This document shows, piece by piece, positions 9,883-17,625 of a DNA stretch of 64,000 nt. The notes beneath the pieces were generated by a model. The model had not been told where the DNA came from, did no database searches, and saw only the letters and a list, made by a program, of their open reading frames with translations. The DNA lies in contig CAYFZI010000009.1 in NCBI GenBank assembly GCA_964347635.1, positions 1,039-65,038 on the forward strand, in the 5' to 3' direction. Each line of letters begins with the position of its first letter. The first letter of the stretch is position 1. The position numbers were made by a program, and so were the translations under genes. The DNA comes from an uncultured Dehalococcoidia bacterium. GTDB taxonomy: Bacteria > Chloroflexota > Dehalococcoidia > Bin125.

Positions 9883-10296
9883 TCAGCGGCTGCGCCGCCG
9901 GAACCAGCGCTGCAGGGCGTTTCGTGGCGGCGCGTCGTAGCTGATGTAGCGGTCGCGCCAGTAGCCGCCGCGCGTGCTCGGCTTGCCGCGCCCGCCGCCG
10001 CGCGCCGACCAGACGGCCCCGATCAGGAACAGGATCACGCCAACGATCACCGCCCACATGCCGAGCCCGCGGGCGCGCAGGATGAAGCCGGCGATCACGA
10101 ACAATGAGCCGAGCAGCATCAGATGCCCGGCGCTGAGCGAAGCGAGCCGCTCGCTCAGCCGGCGCCCAAAGCGCTGCAGGGCGCGCCGCAGCGGGCCCGG
10201 CCGGCGCTCGCGCCGGCGCCAATCGAAGCCCTCGATCCCAGCCAGCACTTCTTCCACATCGCGTTCGAGCTTGTCCGACATATCCGCGCTCCGCAT
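9883..10296 (-). CDS. hypothetical small membrane protein (two predicted TM helices, Arg-rich termini)
   Basis: 137-aa ORF. HLMLLGSLFVIAGFIL and MWAVIVGVILFLIGAVW are hydrophobic helices. Alternative start ATG 10281 (MSDKLERD). No family recognised. Confidence 0.55.
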   Translation of the reverse strand: MRSADMSDKLERDVEEVLAGIEGFDWRRRERRPGPLRRALQRFGRRLSERLASLSAGHLMLLGSLFVIAGFILRARGLGMWAVIVGVILFLIGAVWSARGGGRGKPSTRGGYWRDRYISYDAPPRNALQRWFRRRSR

Positions 10297-10337
10297 CCGC
10301 CGTTGCCCTCAGTCTAGCTTGCGGAGGCCGCAGAGGG

Positions 10338-10367
10338 GCGAGCGGGCGCGGGTTCATTCCCGCTCGC
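10338..10367. repeat. hairpin GCGAGCGGG-(12 nt incl. GGTTCATT)-CCCGCTCGC
   Basis: 9-bp perfect stem at 10338-10346 and 10359-10367, inside the 299-nt hyuB-downstream spacer. Confidence 0.45.
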
Positions 10368-10432
10368 GCCGCCGTTCCCGCGCTTGAAGCCCCGTCGCAG
10401 AGATCCTCAGTCTCAGCAGGAGCCCGCTTCAT

Positions 10433-10450
10433 TCCCGCGCTGGCGCGGGA
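10433..10450. repeat. 18-nt palindrome TCCCGCGC-TG-GCGCGGGA
   Basis: Exact inverted repeat, immediately after the second TTCATTCCCGC module. Confidence 0.45.
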
Positions 10451-10595
10451 GAGCGCTGCGCGGCGTCTCCCGCAAACGGGGGAATGGGGCGTTCGCGCAG
10501 GCTCTTTCCGCGGTGCCGGCTTGTCCTATGACGCCGGCTCGTTGTACTGCGATCCGCTCGGCTGAGTGTGAATAGGCCCCAACCCGATGCCGGCC

Positions 10596-12191
10596 CTATG
10601 GCGCGCCCCAACCGCCGCCGCCCGGCGTCTCGAGGCGGATCGCGTCGCCCGGGTCGACGGAGATGATCACCTTGCCCGGTAGGGGGCGCAGCACGGGTCG
10701 GCCCTGCTCATCGCTGGTTTCGAGCCAGTTGCGGCCGGCGGCGCCGGGCCCGCCGCCGTTGCTGCCCCAAGCCGGTTGGCGGCGCCGCTCGCTGATCAGC
10801 GTGACGCGCGCGCGGCCCAGAAACTGGGTGCGGCGGATCAGCCCGTGGCCGCCGCGCTGCGCGCCGCCGCCGCCGCTGTTGGGGCGGATGCTGTTCTCGA
10901 GCACGCGCAGCGGGTAGGCCAGCTCCAGCGCTTCGGCCGGGGTGTTGAGCGTATTGGTCATGTGCGAGTGCGCGGCATTGAGGCCGGCGCTGCCGGGCCC
11001 GCCGCCGAGTCCGCCGCCGCTCGTCTCGTAGTAGGCCCAGGGGCCGCCCGTGCGCGGGTCGATCCCGCCGGCGGTGAGGTTGTTCATCGTGCCGCTCGAG
11101 GCCGCCGGCATCCGCTCGGGCAGAATTTGCGCGAACGCGCCCCAGACTGTGTCGACGATCCGCTGGCTCGTCTCCACGTTGCCGGCGGCGACGGCGACCG
11201 GCGGCTGCGCCGCGACCACGCTGCCGGGCGGCAGGCTGAAGCGGACGGGGCGGAACAATCCGGCGTTGGTCGGCGAGCCGGCCGGCAGCAGGCAGCGGAT
11301 CACGTAGTAGCAGGCCGAGCGGGTGACCGGGGCGACGGCGTTGATCGAGGCCGCCCGCTGCGGCGCGCTGCCGCTGAAATCGAAGTGCGCTTGCCCGCCC
11401 TCGAGCGTCAGCGCCAGCCGAATCGGGACCGGCTCCTCGCTGTGGCCGTCGTCGTCGAGCGCGTCCGCGAATGTCCAGCGGCCGCTCGGCAGATCACGCA
11501 GCGCGGCGCGCGCGAGCCGCTCGCCGTAGTCGAGCAGCGCCGCGGTCTGCTGCGGCCAGGCCGCGGCGCCCAGATCGTTGTGCAGCGCCGCTGTGCGCCG
11601 CTCGCCGAGCCGCTGCGCGGCGACTTGGGCGGCGAAATCGCCGCGCCGCTCATCGGGCGTGCGCACGTTGCGCAGGATCAGCTCCAGCGCTTCGGCGACC
11701 AGCTCGCCGCCGCGGTAGAGGCGCAGCGGCGGAATCACCAGCCCTTCCTGGATCAGCTCCTCGGCGACCGGCATCGAGCCCGGCGCCATCCCGCCGATGT
11801 CCGCCTGGTGCGCGCGGCTGGCCACGTAGCCGATCAGCTCTTCGCTCCGCTCCGCAAACACCGGTGAGACCATCGTCACATCGGGCAGGTGGGTGCCGCC
11901 GAGGAACGGGTCGTTGAGGATCGCCAGGTCGCCCGGCGACCAGGGTGCGAGCTTGGCCACAGCCCGGACCGACTCCGGCATCGCGCCCAGATGCACGGGA
12001 ATGTGCGCCGCCTGCGCCAGCAGTCGGCCCTCTGCGTCGAACACGGCGCAGGAAAAGTCGGCCCGCTCCTTGATGTTCGGCGAGAGCGCCGTATGGCGCA
12101 GGGCGGCGCCCATCTCCTCCGCGATCGAGGCCACGAGCGAGTCGAAAATCGCCAGCCGCGCTGGATCGGGTGTTGGGTTGGGGGGCGCCAT
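10596..12191 (-). CDS. hyuB: hydantoinase B / oxoprolinase family protein
   Basis: LAIFDSLVASIAEEMGAALRHTALSPNIKERADFSCAVFDAEGRLLAQAAHIPVHLGAM is the canonical HyuB N-terminus. Start ATG 12191 overlaps the hyuA stop (TGATG). Confidence 0.92.
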   Translation of the reverse strand: MAPPNPTPDPARLAIFDSLVASIAEEMGAALRHTALSPNIKERADFSCAVFDAEGRLLAQAAHIPVHLGAMPESVRAVAKLAPWSPGDLAILNDPFLGGTHLPDVTMVSPVFAERSEELIGYVASRAHQADIGGMAPGSMPVAEELIQEGLVIPPLRLYRGGELVAEALELILRNVRTPDERRGDFAAQVAAQRLGERRTAALHNDLGAAAWPQQTAALLDYGERLARAALRDLPSGRWTFADALDDDGHSEEPVPIRLALTLEGGQAHFDFSGSAPQRAASINAVAPVTRSACYYVIRCLLPAGSPTNAGLFRPVRFSLPPGSVVAAQPPVAVAAGNVETSQRIVDTVWGAFAQILPERMPAASSGTMNNLTAGGIDPRTGGPWAYYETSGGGLGGGPGSAGLNAAHSHMTNTLNTPAEALELAYPLRVLENSIRPNSGGGGAQRGGHGLIRRTQFLGRARVTLISERRRQPAWGSNGGGPGAAGRNWLETSDEQGRPVLRPLPGKVIISVDPGDAIRLETPGGGGWGAP

Positions 12192-14197
12192 CAGCGGCGC
12201 TCCAGCAGCAGCGCGCCCTGCTCGAGGCGGCGCGCGCGCCAATCCGGCGGGACCAGCGTGGTGGCGTCGATCTGCGTGATCACGGCCGGCCCTTCAAGCT
12301 CGGCGCTGAGCTGCGCGCGGTCGATGAAGCGCGTCTGCCGCGCGCGATCCCAGATCACGCTGCGCTGCGTCCCGCCTGGCCCGCCTCGATCCGTCTCGAT
12401 GCTGGGCGGCTGGTCATGGCCGCGTGCGCGCGCTTTCACGCGGGCTGTGACCAGCTCGACCGCGCGAACGTCGTCGCGGAAGCCGAAGCGCTGCTCGTGC
12501 GCTGTCTGAAAGGCCTCCCGAATTGCGCGCGCCGAGCGGTGGTCAGGCAGGTCGACGGTCAGCTCGTGCGATTGGCCTTGGTAGCGCAGGTCGGCGGCGT
12601 ACTCGATCTGCACGCTGCTGTCATAGCCGTCTTGGGCGATCGCTGCGCGCGCCTGTTCGCGCAGCCCGCTGTAGACGGCAGCCAGCGCGGCAGCGTCTGC
12701 CTCGCCGCCGCTGACAGCGTTGGCGGTGTTGGGAATCGCGAAGTGAATGCCGCGTTCGGCGTCGCGCGTCACATCGGAGCTGAGCATGCCGCTGGCGCTG
12801 AGCACGCCGGGCATAGGCGGGATCAGTGCGGCGGGGATGCCCAGCGCGTCGGCCAGGTCGCAGGCGTGCAGCGGCCCGGCTCCGCCGAACGCGACCAGCG
12901 TGAAGTTGGCCGGGTCGTAGCCGCGCTCGACGGAGATCACGCGCAGCGCGCGCGCCATGTTGGCGTTGACCACGTCGATCACGGCTCTGGCCGCGGCGGC
13001 CGGGTCGCCGCCGAACGGCGCGGCGATCGTGCGCAGGGCGCGCGCGGCGCGTTCGCGGTCGAGCGTGATCGCGCCGCCCAGCGGATACTCGGGGCGCAGG
13101 CGGCCGAGCACGGCGTGCGCATCGGTCACGGTCGGCAGCTGTCCGCGGCCGTAGGCGGCCGGGCCGGGGTCCGCGCCGGCGCTCTGCGGGCCCACGCGCA
13201 GCGCCCCGCCGGCATCGAACCAGGCGATCGAGCCGCCGCCCGCGCCCACTGTGTGTAGATCGATCGCCGGGGTGCGAATCGGCATTCCGGCGATCGTCAG
13301 GTCGGTGCGTTCCAGCATGCGCCCGGGGCAGAGCGAGACATCGGCGGAGGTGCCGCCCATATCGAAGGTGATCGCCTGTGCGCGGCCGGCTGCTGCGGCG
13401 GCGGCGAAGGCCCCGGCGACGCCCCCGGCGGGGCCCGAGAGGACCGTCCGCACCGCCTGCGCGCCCGCGCCCGCGGCGCTCAGGCTGCCGCCGTTGGACT
13501 GCATGATCCGCAGCGCCGCCGCCCTGCCGCCGAGCGCCTGCTCGAGCCCGTTGAGATAGCTGGTCATCACCGGCGCCAGGTAGGCGTTGGCCGCGGTGGT
13601 GCTCATGCGCTCATACTCGCGGTGCTGCGGCAGCACCTCGTGCGAGGCGGAGACGCTCAGCCCCCGCGCCCGCGCCGCCGCCCCCGCGCGCTGCTCGTGG
13701 CTTGGATTGATGAACGAGAAGAGGAAGCAGATCGCCGCCGAGCCGACGCCGGCCGCTGCGATCTGGTCGAGCACGCCGGCCAGCTCCGTCTCGTCGAGCG
13801 CCTCGATCACCCGGCCGTCCGCCGCGACGCGCTCGCTGACCTCGAACCGCAGCTCCGCGCCGACCAGCGGCTCGGGCCGCGCCGGGTGCAGCGCGTAGAG
13901 ATCGGGGCGGGCCTGGCGGCCAATCTCCAGCGTGTCGCGGAAACCGCGCGTCGTGATCAGCGCCGTCGGCGCGCCGGTCCGCGTCAGCAGCGTGTTCGTC
14001 GCCACCGTCGAGCCGTGCACGATGTCGCTCGGGCTCCAGCCGAACTCGCGCAGGCCCTCGATGATCGCGCGGCCCGGGTCGGCGGGCGTGGAAGGGCGCT
14101 TCGCGATCCGCGTGCGCCCGCCTTCGACGTAGACAAAGTCGGTGAACGTGCCGCCCACATCGACACCGAGCACACGCCGCTGCCGCCGCTCCGCCAT
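12191..14197 (-). CDS. hyuA: hydantoinase A / oxoprolinase family protein
   Basis: ATG 14197 gives MAERRQRRVLGVDVGGTFTDFV, the canonical HyuA N-terminus. The 79 codons upstream in the ORF track look non-coding. Confidence 0.92.
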   Translation of the reverse strand: MAERRQRRVLGVDVGGTFTDFVYVEGGRTRIAKRPSTPADPGRAIIEGLREFGWSPSDIVHGSTVATNTLLTRTGAPTALITTRGFRDTLEIGRQARPDLYALHPARPEPLVGAELRFEVSERVAADGRVIEALDETELAGVLDQIAAAGVGSAAICFLFSFINPSHEQRAGAAARARGLSVSASHEVLPQHREYERMSTTAANAYLAPVMTSYLNGLEQALGGRAAALRIMQSNGGSLSAAGAGAQAVRTVLSGPAGGVAGAFAAAAAAGRAQAITFDMGGTSADVSLCPGRMLERTDLTIAGMPIRTPAIDLHTVGAGGGSIAWFDAGGALRVGPQSAGADPGPAAYGRGQLPTVTDAHAVLGRLRPEYPLGGAITLDRERAARALRTIAAPFGGDPAAAARAVIDVVNANMARALRVISVERGYDPANFTLVAFGGAGPLHACDLADALGIPAALIPPMPGVLSASGMLSSDVTRDAERGIHFAIPNTANAVSGGEADAAALAAVYSGLREQARAAIAQDGYDSSVQIEYAADLRYQGQSHELTVDLPDHRSARAIREAFQTAHEQRFGFRDDVRAVELVTARVKARARGHDQPPSIETDRGGPGGTQRSVIWDRARQTRFIDRAQLSAELEGPAVITQIDATTLVPPDWRARRLEQGALLLERR

Positions 14198-14250
14198 CCT
14201 GCTCGCTGCTTCCCTGTGTCCGGCGGGCCCAACGCGCCCAGCCTGCGGAT

Positions 14251-14280
14251 CCACCCTGCCGGCTCCAACCGGCAGGGTGG
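14251..14280. promoter_or_regulatory. perfect 12-bp inverted repeat / hairpin CCACCCTGCCGG-CTCCAA-CCGGCAGGGTGG
   Basis: Arms at 14251-14262 and 14269-14280 are exact reverse complements. Lies between the minus-strand TATAAT and the hyuA start, in the hyuA/rplY divergent region. Confidence 0.6.
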
Positions 14281-14318
14281 TTGGGGCAGCCGCTGCGCAG
14301 GCGCTGTGGATGCGCCGC

Positions 14319-14324
14319 ATTATA
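14319..14324 (-). promoter_or_regulatory. perfect TATAAT on the minus strand, about 120 nt upstream of the hyuA ATG
   Basis: The complement of ATTATA at 14319-14324 reads TATAAT. No convincing -35 was found. Confidence 0.35.
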
Positions 14325-14346
14325 TCCCCGCGGCCCCCCATACCGC

Positions 14347-14375
14347 TTGACCGCTCCGCGGCCTGCTCATAGCGT
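14347..14375 (+). promoter_or_regulatory. candidate sigma-70 promoter for rplY: TTGACC-N17-TAGCGT
   Basis: TTGACC at 14347-14352, a 17-nt spacer, TAGCGT at 14370-14375. The SD AGGGCGGAG and ATG 14404 lie downstream. Confidence 0.35.
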
Positions 14376-14403
14376 CGAGTTGAGCAGCAGAGGGCGGAGT
14401 TCG

Positions 14404-15069
14404 ATGGCTGAGCAAGCGACACTGCAAGCGGCAAGGCGCAGCATCACCGGCAGCAAGGTGAAGCAGCTGCGCCGCAGCGGGATCCTGCCCTGCAACGTCT
14501 ACGGGCGCGGGATCGCCTCGATCGCGCTGCAGACGCCGGTGCTCGAGCTGCAGCGGGTCTTCCGCGAAGTCGACCGCAACGCAGTCGTGCAGATGCAGAT
14601 CGACGACGGCAGCGAGGCGATTCCCGTCGTGCTGCGCGAAGTGCAGCGCCACCCCGTGACGCACGAACTGCTGCACGCCGACTTCTACCAGGTCGATCTG
14701 ACCCGCCCGATCCACAGCGAAGCACGCCTGATTTTGGTCGGCGATGCAGAGGGCACCACGCTCGGTGGCACGCTCGTGCAGTCGCTGGAGTACTTGCCGC
14801 TCGAAGCGCTGCCGCTGGAGATGCCCTCGGCGCTGGAAGTAGATGTCAGCGGGCTCGCCGATTTCGGCTCCAGCGTCCTGGTCCGTGATATCGCGCTGCC
14901 CGCGGGCGTGCGCGCGCTGGCCGATGAAGCGGTCGCGGTCGCCACCATGCTGGCGCCGCGCGTCGCCGAGGAAGACGAAGCAGAAGAGGAGCTCGCCGGC
15001 CTCGTCGCCGAAGCAGGCGAAGCGCCTGTCGATGCCCAGCCCGCTCCCGCCGATTCCAGCGAAGCCTGA
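14404..15069 (+). CDS. rplY: 50S ribosomal protein L25 / general stress protein Ctc
   Basis: ATG 14404 after AGGGCGGAG. TGSKVKQLRRSGILPCNVYGRG...REVQRHPVTHELLHADFYQV matches the L25/Ctc fold, followed by an acidic C-terminal tail. Confidence 0.9.
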   Translation: MAEQATLQAARRSITGSKVKQLRRSGILPCNVYGRGIASIALQTPVLELQRVFREVDRNAVVQMQIDDGSEAIPVVLREVQRHPVTHELLHADFYQVDLTRPIHSEARLILVGDAEGTTLGGTLVQSLEYLPLEALPLEMPSALEVDVSGLADFGSSVLVRDIALPAGVRALADEAVAVATMLAPRVAEEDEAEEELAGLVAEAGEAPVDAQPAPADSSEA

Positions 15070-15160
15070 GCCGCGCTCCAAGCTCCCAAGAGGCCTCTGC
15101 AACAGCCCGACTCCTCCCATCCACTGTGTGGCTCGTGTGGGGAGCGAGGCGCCGAAGCAT

Positions 15161-15191
15161 GCCAGCAGTTCTTCTGTCTGTGTCTGCTGGC
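15161..15191. terminator. hairpin between convergent rplY and rlmN (8-bp stem GCCAGCAG/CTGCTGGC, 15-nt T-rich loop)
   Basis: Arms at 15161-15168 and 15184-15191. No U-tract on either side, so it is only terminator-like. Confidence 0.3.
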
Positions 15192-15222
15192 TGTGCAATC
15201 TGCGTAAGCCCTGCGCTTCAAC

Positions 15223-16341
15223 TCAGGCGCTTCGGTCTCCTGCGGCCGGCCCGCGCAGCCGGTCTCCGCGCAGCTGGCCGCAGGCCGCGGCGATGTCGCT
15301 GCCCTTCTCGACACGCACATTGGCCGCGATCCCGCGCTCCTGCAGCGCTTGCTGGAAGCTCAGCGTCGAGCGGCGGCTGGGGCGGCGGCCGAAGACGCCG
15401 GCCGAGGGATTGAACGGGATCAGGTTGACCTGGCAGCGGATCCCCGCGATGCGCTCGGCCAGCGCGCGGGCCTGCGCGCGCGAATCGTTGACCCCGGCCA
15501 GCAGCACATACTCAAACGTCACGCGCCGCCCGGTGCGCTCGCTGTGCTCCCGCGCGGCCTGCACAATTTCGGCCGGCGCGGCCGGCGGCAGCGGCACCAG
15601 CTCGCGCCGCAGCTGTGCATCGGCCGCGTGCAGGCTGACGGCCAGATTGACCTGCGGATGATCCGCGGCGAGCCGCCTGATCTGGGCGGGCAGGCCCACC
15701 GTTGAGACGGTCAGCCGCCGCGGCGACAGGCCGAACGCATCGGAGTCCGAGAGCCGCTGCAGCGCCGCGCTGGTGACATCGTAGTTGGCCAGCGGTTCGC
15801 CCATGCCCATGAAGACGACGTGGGTCAGCTCTTCGCCTTGCGCGCGCGCCCAGCGCCGCGCCAGCAGCGCCTGCAGCAGCACCTCGCCAACCGAGAGCTG
15901 GCGGCGGAAGCCCTGCGCCCCGGTCGCGCAGAAGCTGCAGCCCATCGCACAGCCGGCCTGGGTCGAAAGGCAGACCGTGCGCCGCTCCCGCTGGCTGACA
16001 TCGACTCGCCGTCCGGCGGCTTGGCCGCCGCCAAGCTCGTGCGGCTCGCGGCGAATCAGCACGGTCTCGATCATCTCGCCGTCGGCGAGCGGCAGGAGCG
16101 CCTTGGTTGTCGAGCCGTCGGCGCTTGTCTCCGTGCTGAGCGGCTCGGGCGCCGCGGCGCTGTGCGCGGCGAGCTGCCCGCGCAGCGGCTGCGGCAGATC
16201 GCTCATTGCCAGCGGGTCGAGCACGCCGCGCCGCCAAATCTGCCGATAGACCTGCCGCGCCCGATAGCCCGGCTGGCCCAGCTGCGCGAGCAGCTGCGTC
16301 AGCTGCTCCAGGCTCAGCTCGAGCAGCCCCTGCTCAGCCAT
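15223..16341 (-). CDS. rlmN: 23S rRNA (adenine2503-C2)-methyltransferase, radical SAM
   Basis: 372 aa. Contains YRARQVYRQIW and the radical-SAM cluster motif CAMGCSFCATG. Confidence 0.95.
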   Translation of the reverse strand: MAEQGLLELSLEQLTQLLAQLGQPGYRARQVYRQIWRRGVLDPLAMSDLPQPLRGQLAAHSAAAPEPLSTETSADGSTTKALLPLADGEMIETVLIRREPHELGGGQAAGRRVDVSQRERRTVCLSTQAGCAMGCSFCATGAQGFRRQLSVGEVLLQALLARRWARAQGEELTHVVFMGMGEPLANYDVTSAALQRLSDSDAFGLSPRRLTVSTVGLPAQIRRLAADHPQVNLAVSLHAADAQLRRELVPLPPAAPAEIVQAAREHSERTGRRVTFEYVLLAGVNDSRAQARALAERIAGIRCQVNLIPFNPSAGVFGRRPSRRSTLSFQQALQERGIAANVRVEKGSDIAAACGQLRGDRLRGPAAGDRSA

Positions 16342-16367
16342 CGAGCGGCCCCCGCTTAGCCATTGAG

Positions 16368-17348
16368 CTAGCCATCGAGCGACCGAAAGCGCTTGCCGAC
16401 CAGCCCGCCGGCGCCGCGCACGAACTCCGTCGCCGAGAGCTCCCGCTTGCCGGCCCGCTGTAGACGCTCGATCACCGCGATCCCGCCCCCGGCGGCGACG
16501 CGGATCACCTCATCGGCCGCGATGATCACACCCGGAGGTGTACCGGGCGGCGCACCTTCAAGTACGCCGCCGTTGCCCTCAGCGGTCACGGCCGCCAGCC
16601 GCACGCGCTGCCCCTCAAGCTCGCAGAATGCGCCCGGCCACGGTGTGTAGGCGCGCACCTGGCGGGCGATCTGCGCCGCATCGGCCGTCCAGTCGATCGC
16701 GCCGGCCCGCTTGCGGACGCGCCGTGCACGGGTCGCGCGGCTGGCGTCCTGCGGCTGCGGCTCCAGTTCGCCGTCCAGCCAGCGCGGGATTGTCTCCAGC
16801 AGCAGCGCTGCGCCCAACGCCGCCAACCGTTCGCTCAGCTGCCCTGCTGTCTCGCGCTCCCCGATCGGCGTCCCGCGCTGGGCCAGAATCGGCCCTGTGT
16901 CCTCCGTCTCGTCCAGGAGCATGATCGTCGCGCCGGTCTGTTCGTCCCCGGCCAGGATCGCTGCGGAGACCGGTGCGGCGCCGCGCTAGCGCGGGAGCAG
17001 CGAGGCGTGCACGTTGAGCGTGCCCCAGCGCGGCGCCTGCAGCACGGCGGGCGGCAGCAGCTGGCCGTAGGCGGCGACGATCTGCAAATCGGCTTGCAGG
17101 GCGGCGACTGCGGCGATCGCCTGCGGATCGCGCAGGCGCGGCGGCTGCAGCACGGTGATCCCGGCCGCCGCCGCGAGCTCGGCGGTCGCCGGCCGCGCCG
17201 GCCGCCGACCGCGGCCCGCCGGCCGATCGGGCTGGGCGACCACGCCGAGCGGGCGGTAGGGGCTCTCGAGCAGCGCTTGCAGCGTGGGCACGGCGAAGTC
17301 GGGCGAGCCGAAGAAGACTACCCGCAGGCGCTCCGCAGCGCCGCTCAT
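16368..17348 (-). pseudogene. fmt: methionyl-tRNA formyltransferase interrupted by one in-frame TAG (16986-16988)
   Basis: ORFs 16986..17348 and 16368..16922 are in the same frame. Read through, the junction is [40 protein letters not shown]. The stop replaces the aromatic residue of the conserved SLLPR[W/Y]RGAAP motif. Confidence 0.85.
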
Positions 17349-17384
17349 CCAGCACCGCTCATGGAGCGAGCATCGGCCGCAGCG

Positions 17385-17609
17385 TCAGAGCCGCACCGCG
17401 GTGATCGAGAGCGCCACAAACAGCACCATCAGCGCGATCGTGCCGCGGAACAGGGTGCGCTCGAGGCCCCGCCGGGTGCGGTACGTCTCGCCGCCCGCGC
17501 CGCCGAAGATGTTGCCCAAGCCCGCGCCCTTGGCCTGCATCACGACCGCGCTGATCACCATCAGCGCGACCAGGATCTGAAACAGATTGAGAATTTCCGA
17601 GCTGCTCAT
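17385..17609 (-). CDS. secG: preprotein translocase subunit SecG
   Basis: ATG 17609 gives a 74-aa protein, MSSSEILNLFQILVALMVISAVVMQAKGAGLGNIFGGAGG...TIALMVLFVALSI. Two TM helices flank the Gly-rich loop typical of SecG. Confidence 0.85.
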   Translation of the reverse strand: MSSSEILNLFQILVALMVISAVVMQAKGAGLGNIFGGAGGETYRTRRGLERTLFRGTIALMVLFVALSITAVRL

Positions 17610-17625
17610 CGCCCACGCCCATTCA

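Noticed and set aside
10347-10370. tRNA-like T-arm look-alike: GCGGG-TTCATT-CCCGC followed by TCGCGCC.
   Set aside because: The loop is 6 nt rather than 7 and lacks the conserved A58. No matching 5' acceptor strand (GGCGCGA) lies about 70 nt upstream, and no D or anticodon arms could be drawn. I treat it as a plain hairpin within a repeat-rich spacer.
14198-14434. Long N-terminal extensions offered by the ORF track for hyuA (to 14434), hyuB (to 12242), the LysM protein (to 8553), the pseudouridine synthase (to 44588), secG (to 17705) and the PPOX-family protein (to 1831).
   Set aside because: The extensions are Arg/Ala/Pro-rich and overlap upstream genes or promoters. They precede internal starts that reproduce canonical family N-termini and give typical 1-, 4- or 8-nt coupling overlaps.
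16986-16988. Genome-wide TAG reassignment (for example pyrrolysine or another sense recoding) as an explanation for the fmt amber codon.
   Set aside because: TAG ends several well-conserved genes at their expected C-termini in this same window: fumC 973-975, the FG-GAP gene 24050-24052, the zinc-ribbon ORF 45966-45968 and topA 52179-52181. No pyl genes are visible. Local suppression cannot be excluded, but global recoding is unlikely.
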